Source of the DNA: Camelus ferus
Lineage: Eukaryota
Assembly (NCBI RefSeq): GCF_009834535.1
Contig: NC_045697.1
Location: forward strand, 44,704,001 to 44,768,000
Length of the DNA: 64,000 nt
Direction of reading: 5' to 3'
Made by a program: the position numbers and the translations under genes. The notes under the pieces are model-generated. The model worked only from the letters and a program-made list of their open reading frames with translations. It had not been told where the DNA came from and made no database searches. Below are positions 62,652 to 64,000 of this stretch, one piece after another. Within the stretch, counting starts at the first letter, position 1. The number at the start of each line of letters is the position of its first letter.

Positions 62652-64000
62652 GAGCCGTTTCTCTGATTTAGGTGAAAGGGTCTGTAACAAAGAAAATTAT
62701 TACTAATCGTAATTACTGTTTTTAACATTCACAATCAATCTAGTCGTGCTGGTGTAATCCAGGTGTCCCTTGAGGGAGGCTGTTTCATGGTCACCTCTGG
62801 CTTCTAGTTCTGTTTATTAAATCAGTGCACTGTTTCACACGTGCTATCCCAGTATTGCAGAGTCAACAGAAACAGAAAACAAAAAAATACCTTTTTTTGG
62901 ACAATCCCTTACTGCATATCCCCCCAACCCCATACCAAAAAAATACCCACCAAAATCAATCACCAGAGATCTCTGAGTAGGACCTTATGGAGCATCGAAG
63001 GGGGCGTGCATTCTGTAACAACATTAATAATTTGAAATTGAAATTAAATTTTGATATTTCCATTCACAAAAAGACCTCTTGGCCATTTCCTTGAACTCTG
63101 ATTTTTCTGGTTTTCTGTTTCTGAGTTTTCCTTTACTGGTCCTAGCTACTCTTAAAAGTTCTCCTTGTCTGATTTTCTCTACCTACTGTCTTCAAAGTCT
63201 GCTCCAGGCTTCTCTCTCTGCAAACGGAAGAGCTGTTAATGTACTCTGAAAAATATGGGCCTTTCTTCCTTCTCTGGTCATCTTTAATAGAGAAAGAAAC
63301 CATGCAGAATAGATCCTCACTGATATGAAATATGCCCCCGTGCACCCCCCTCCCCCACCCCCTACACAGTAGAACTGGCTCATTCATTTTGGTTCTGGTA
63401 GCATTTGATATGATTTTCTGTTTGCACATAGAAGAAATATAGTTTTAGAATTTTGCTCAAACGTGCTTTGGCTATAGGATAAGTAGTGATGATCTGGCAT
63501 AAGCAATCATTGCTTAGTGTGACTGTCTTACTACACAATCTGTCCTGCCCCTCAGGGGCACAATTTGCTTTGTGTTTTCTTATCTCAATATTGGTTTTAT
63601 CCGTTAAATCAATCCATTAGGATAAGGGTAGGTGTGATGGAATAGAGATTGTAGAATTGTCTGGCAATAAGCAGTGTGTCCAGGTATGTTTGGAGAGCGG
63701 CTGCCTTTTGTGAACAGGCCCAAGCCAACTTGGATATTGCTTTTGGATGGATCTCAGTGGTCCCTACTAGTTAGAGGGGCAAGATGATAAGCTACCCCTT
63801 CCCCTCTCCCTCCAACACATGTATACTCTTGATGCCAGGTTATAATGAAAGCAAGCCTTAGACTAAATTGTTCCCCTCATGAAGATGCTAATTTGCAGGA
63901 CAGTCATTTGGCTTGTTCTGCAGGCAGGTAGACGAAGCTCCAGCTCTGCCCCGTGTGGTCACCTGAAAGCATCTTGCAGGAAAGGCTCGCCTGAGGCAAA

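Noticed and set aside
63886..64000. Possible exon-2 acceptor (ttgttctgcag| at 63923)
   Set aside because: Short pyrimidine tract, AGs between it and the putative branch point, and cut by the window edge.
1..64000. CRISPR arrays, operons or prokaryotic and viral defence systems
   Set aside because: The sequence is repeat-rich mammalian non-coding DNA with no regularly spaced repeat-spacer arrays or gene-dense regions.

Overview
Mammalian nuclear DNA, very probably camelid (camel, alpaca or llama), judged from two tRNA-derived SINEs resembling Vic-1. I found no protein-coding exon. The ORFs in the track are noise from repeats or the GC-rich island, apart from decayed LINE-1 peptide remnants. 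The one clear functional landmark is a CpG-island promoter (~14.64-15.48 kb) with a likely non-coding first exon on the + strand. About 48 kb of probable intron follows it; I could not identify the gene. Strong splice donors on the minus strand just upstream suggest a divergent transcript. The rest is layered transposon fossils (L1, L2, MIR, HAL1-like, MLT1, LTR16/33, MER21/31, ERV1 LTRs, hAT/Tc2 MITEs), many nested and with readable target-site duplications (TSDs). The most unusual object is a TSD-bounded L1 at 34.4-39.1 kb: ORF1 is joined directly to the ORF2 RT region, and it hosts four later insertions, one an apparently internally primed L1 5'UTR/ORF1 fragment. I found no convincing novel biological system. 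Repeat family names come from recalled consensus sequences and need a RepeatMasker/Dfam check. Boundaries of old repeats are approximate.
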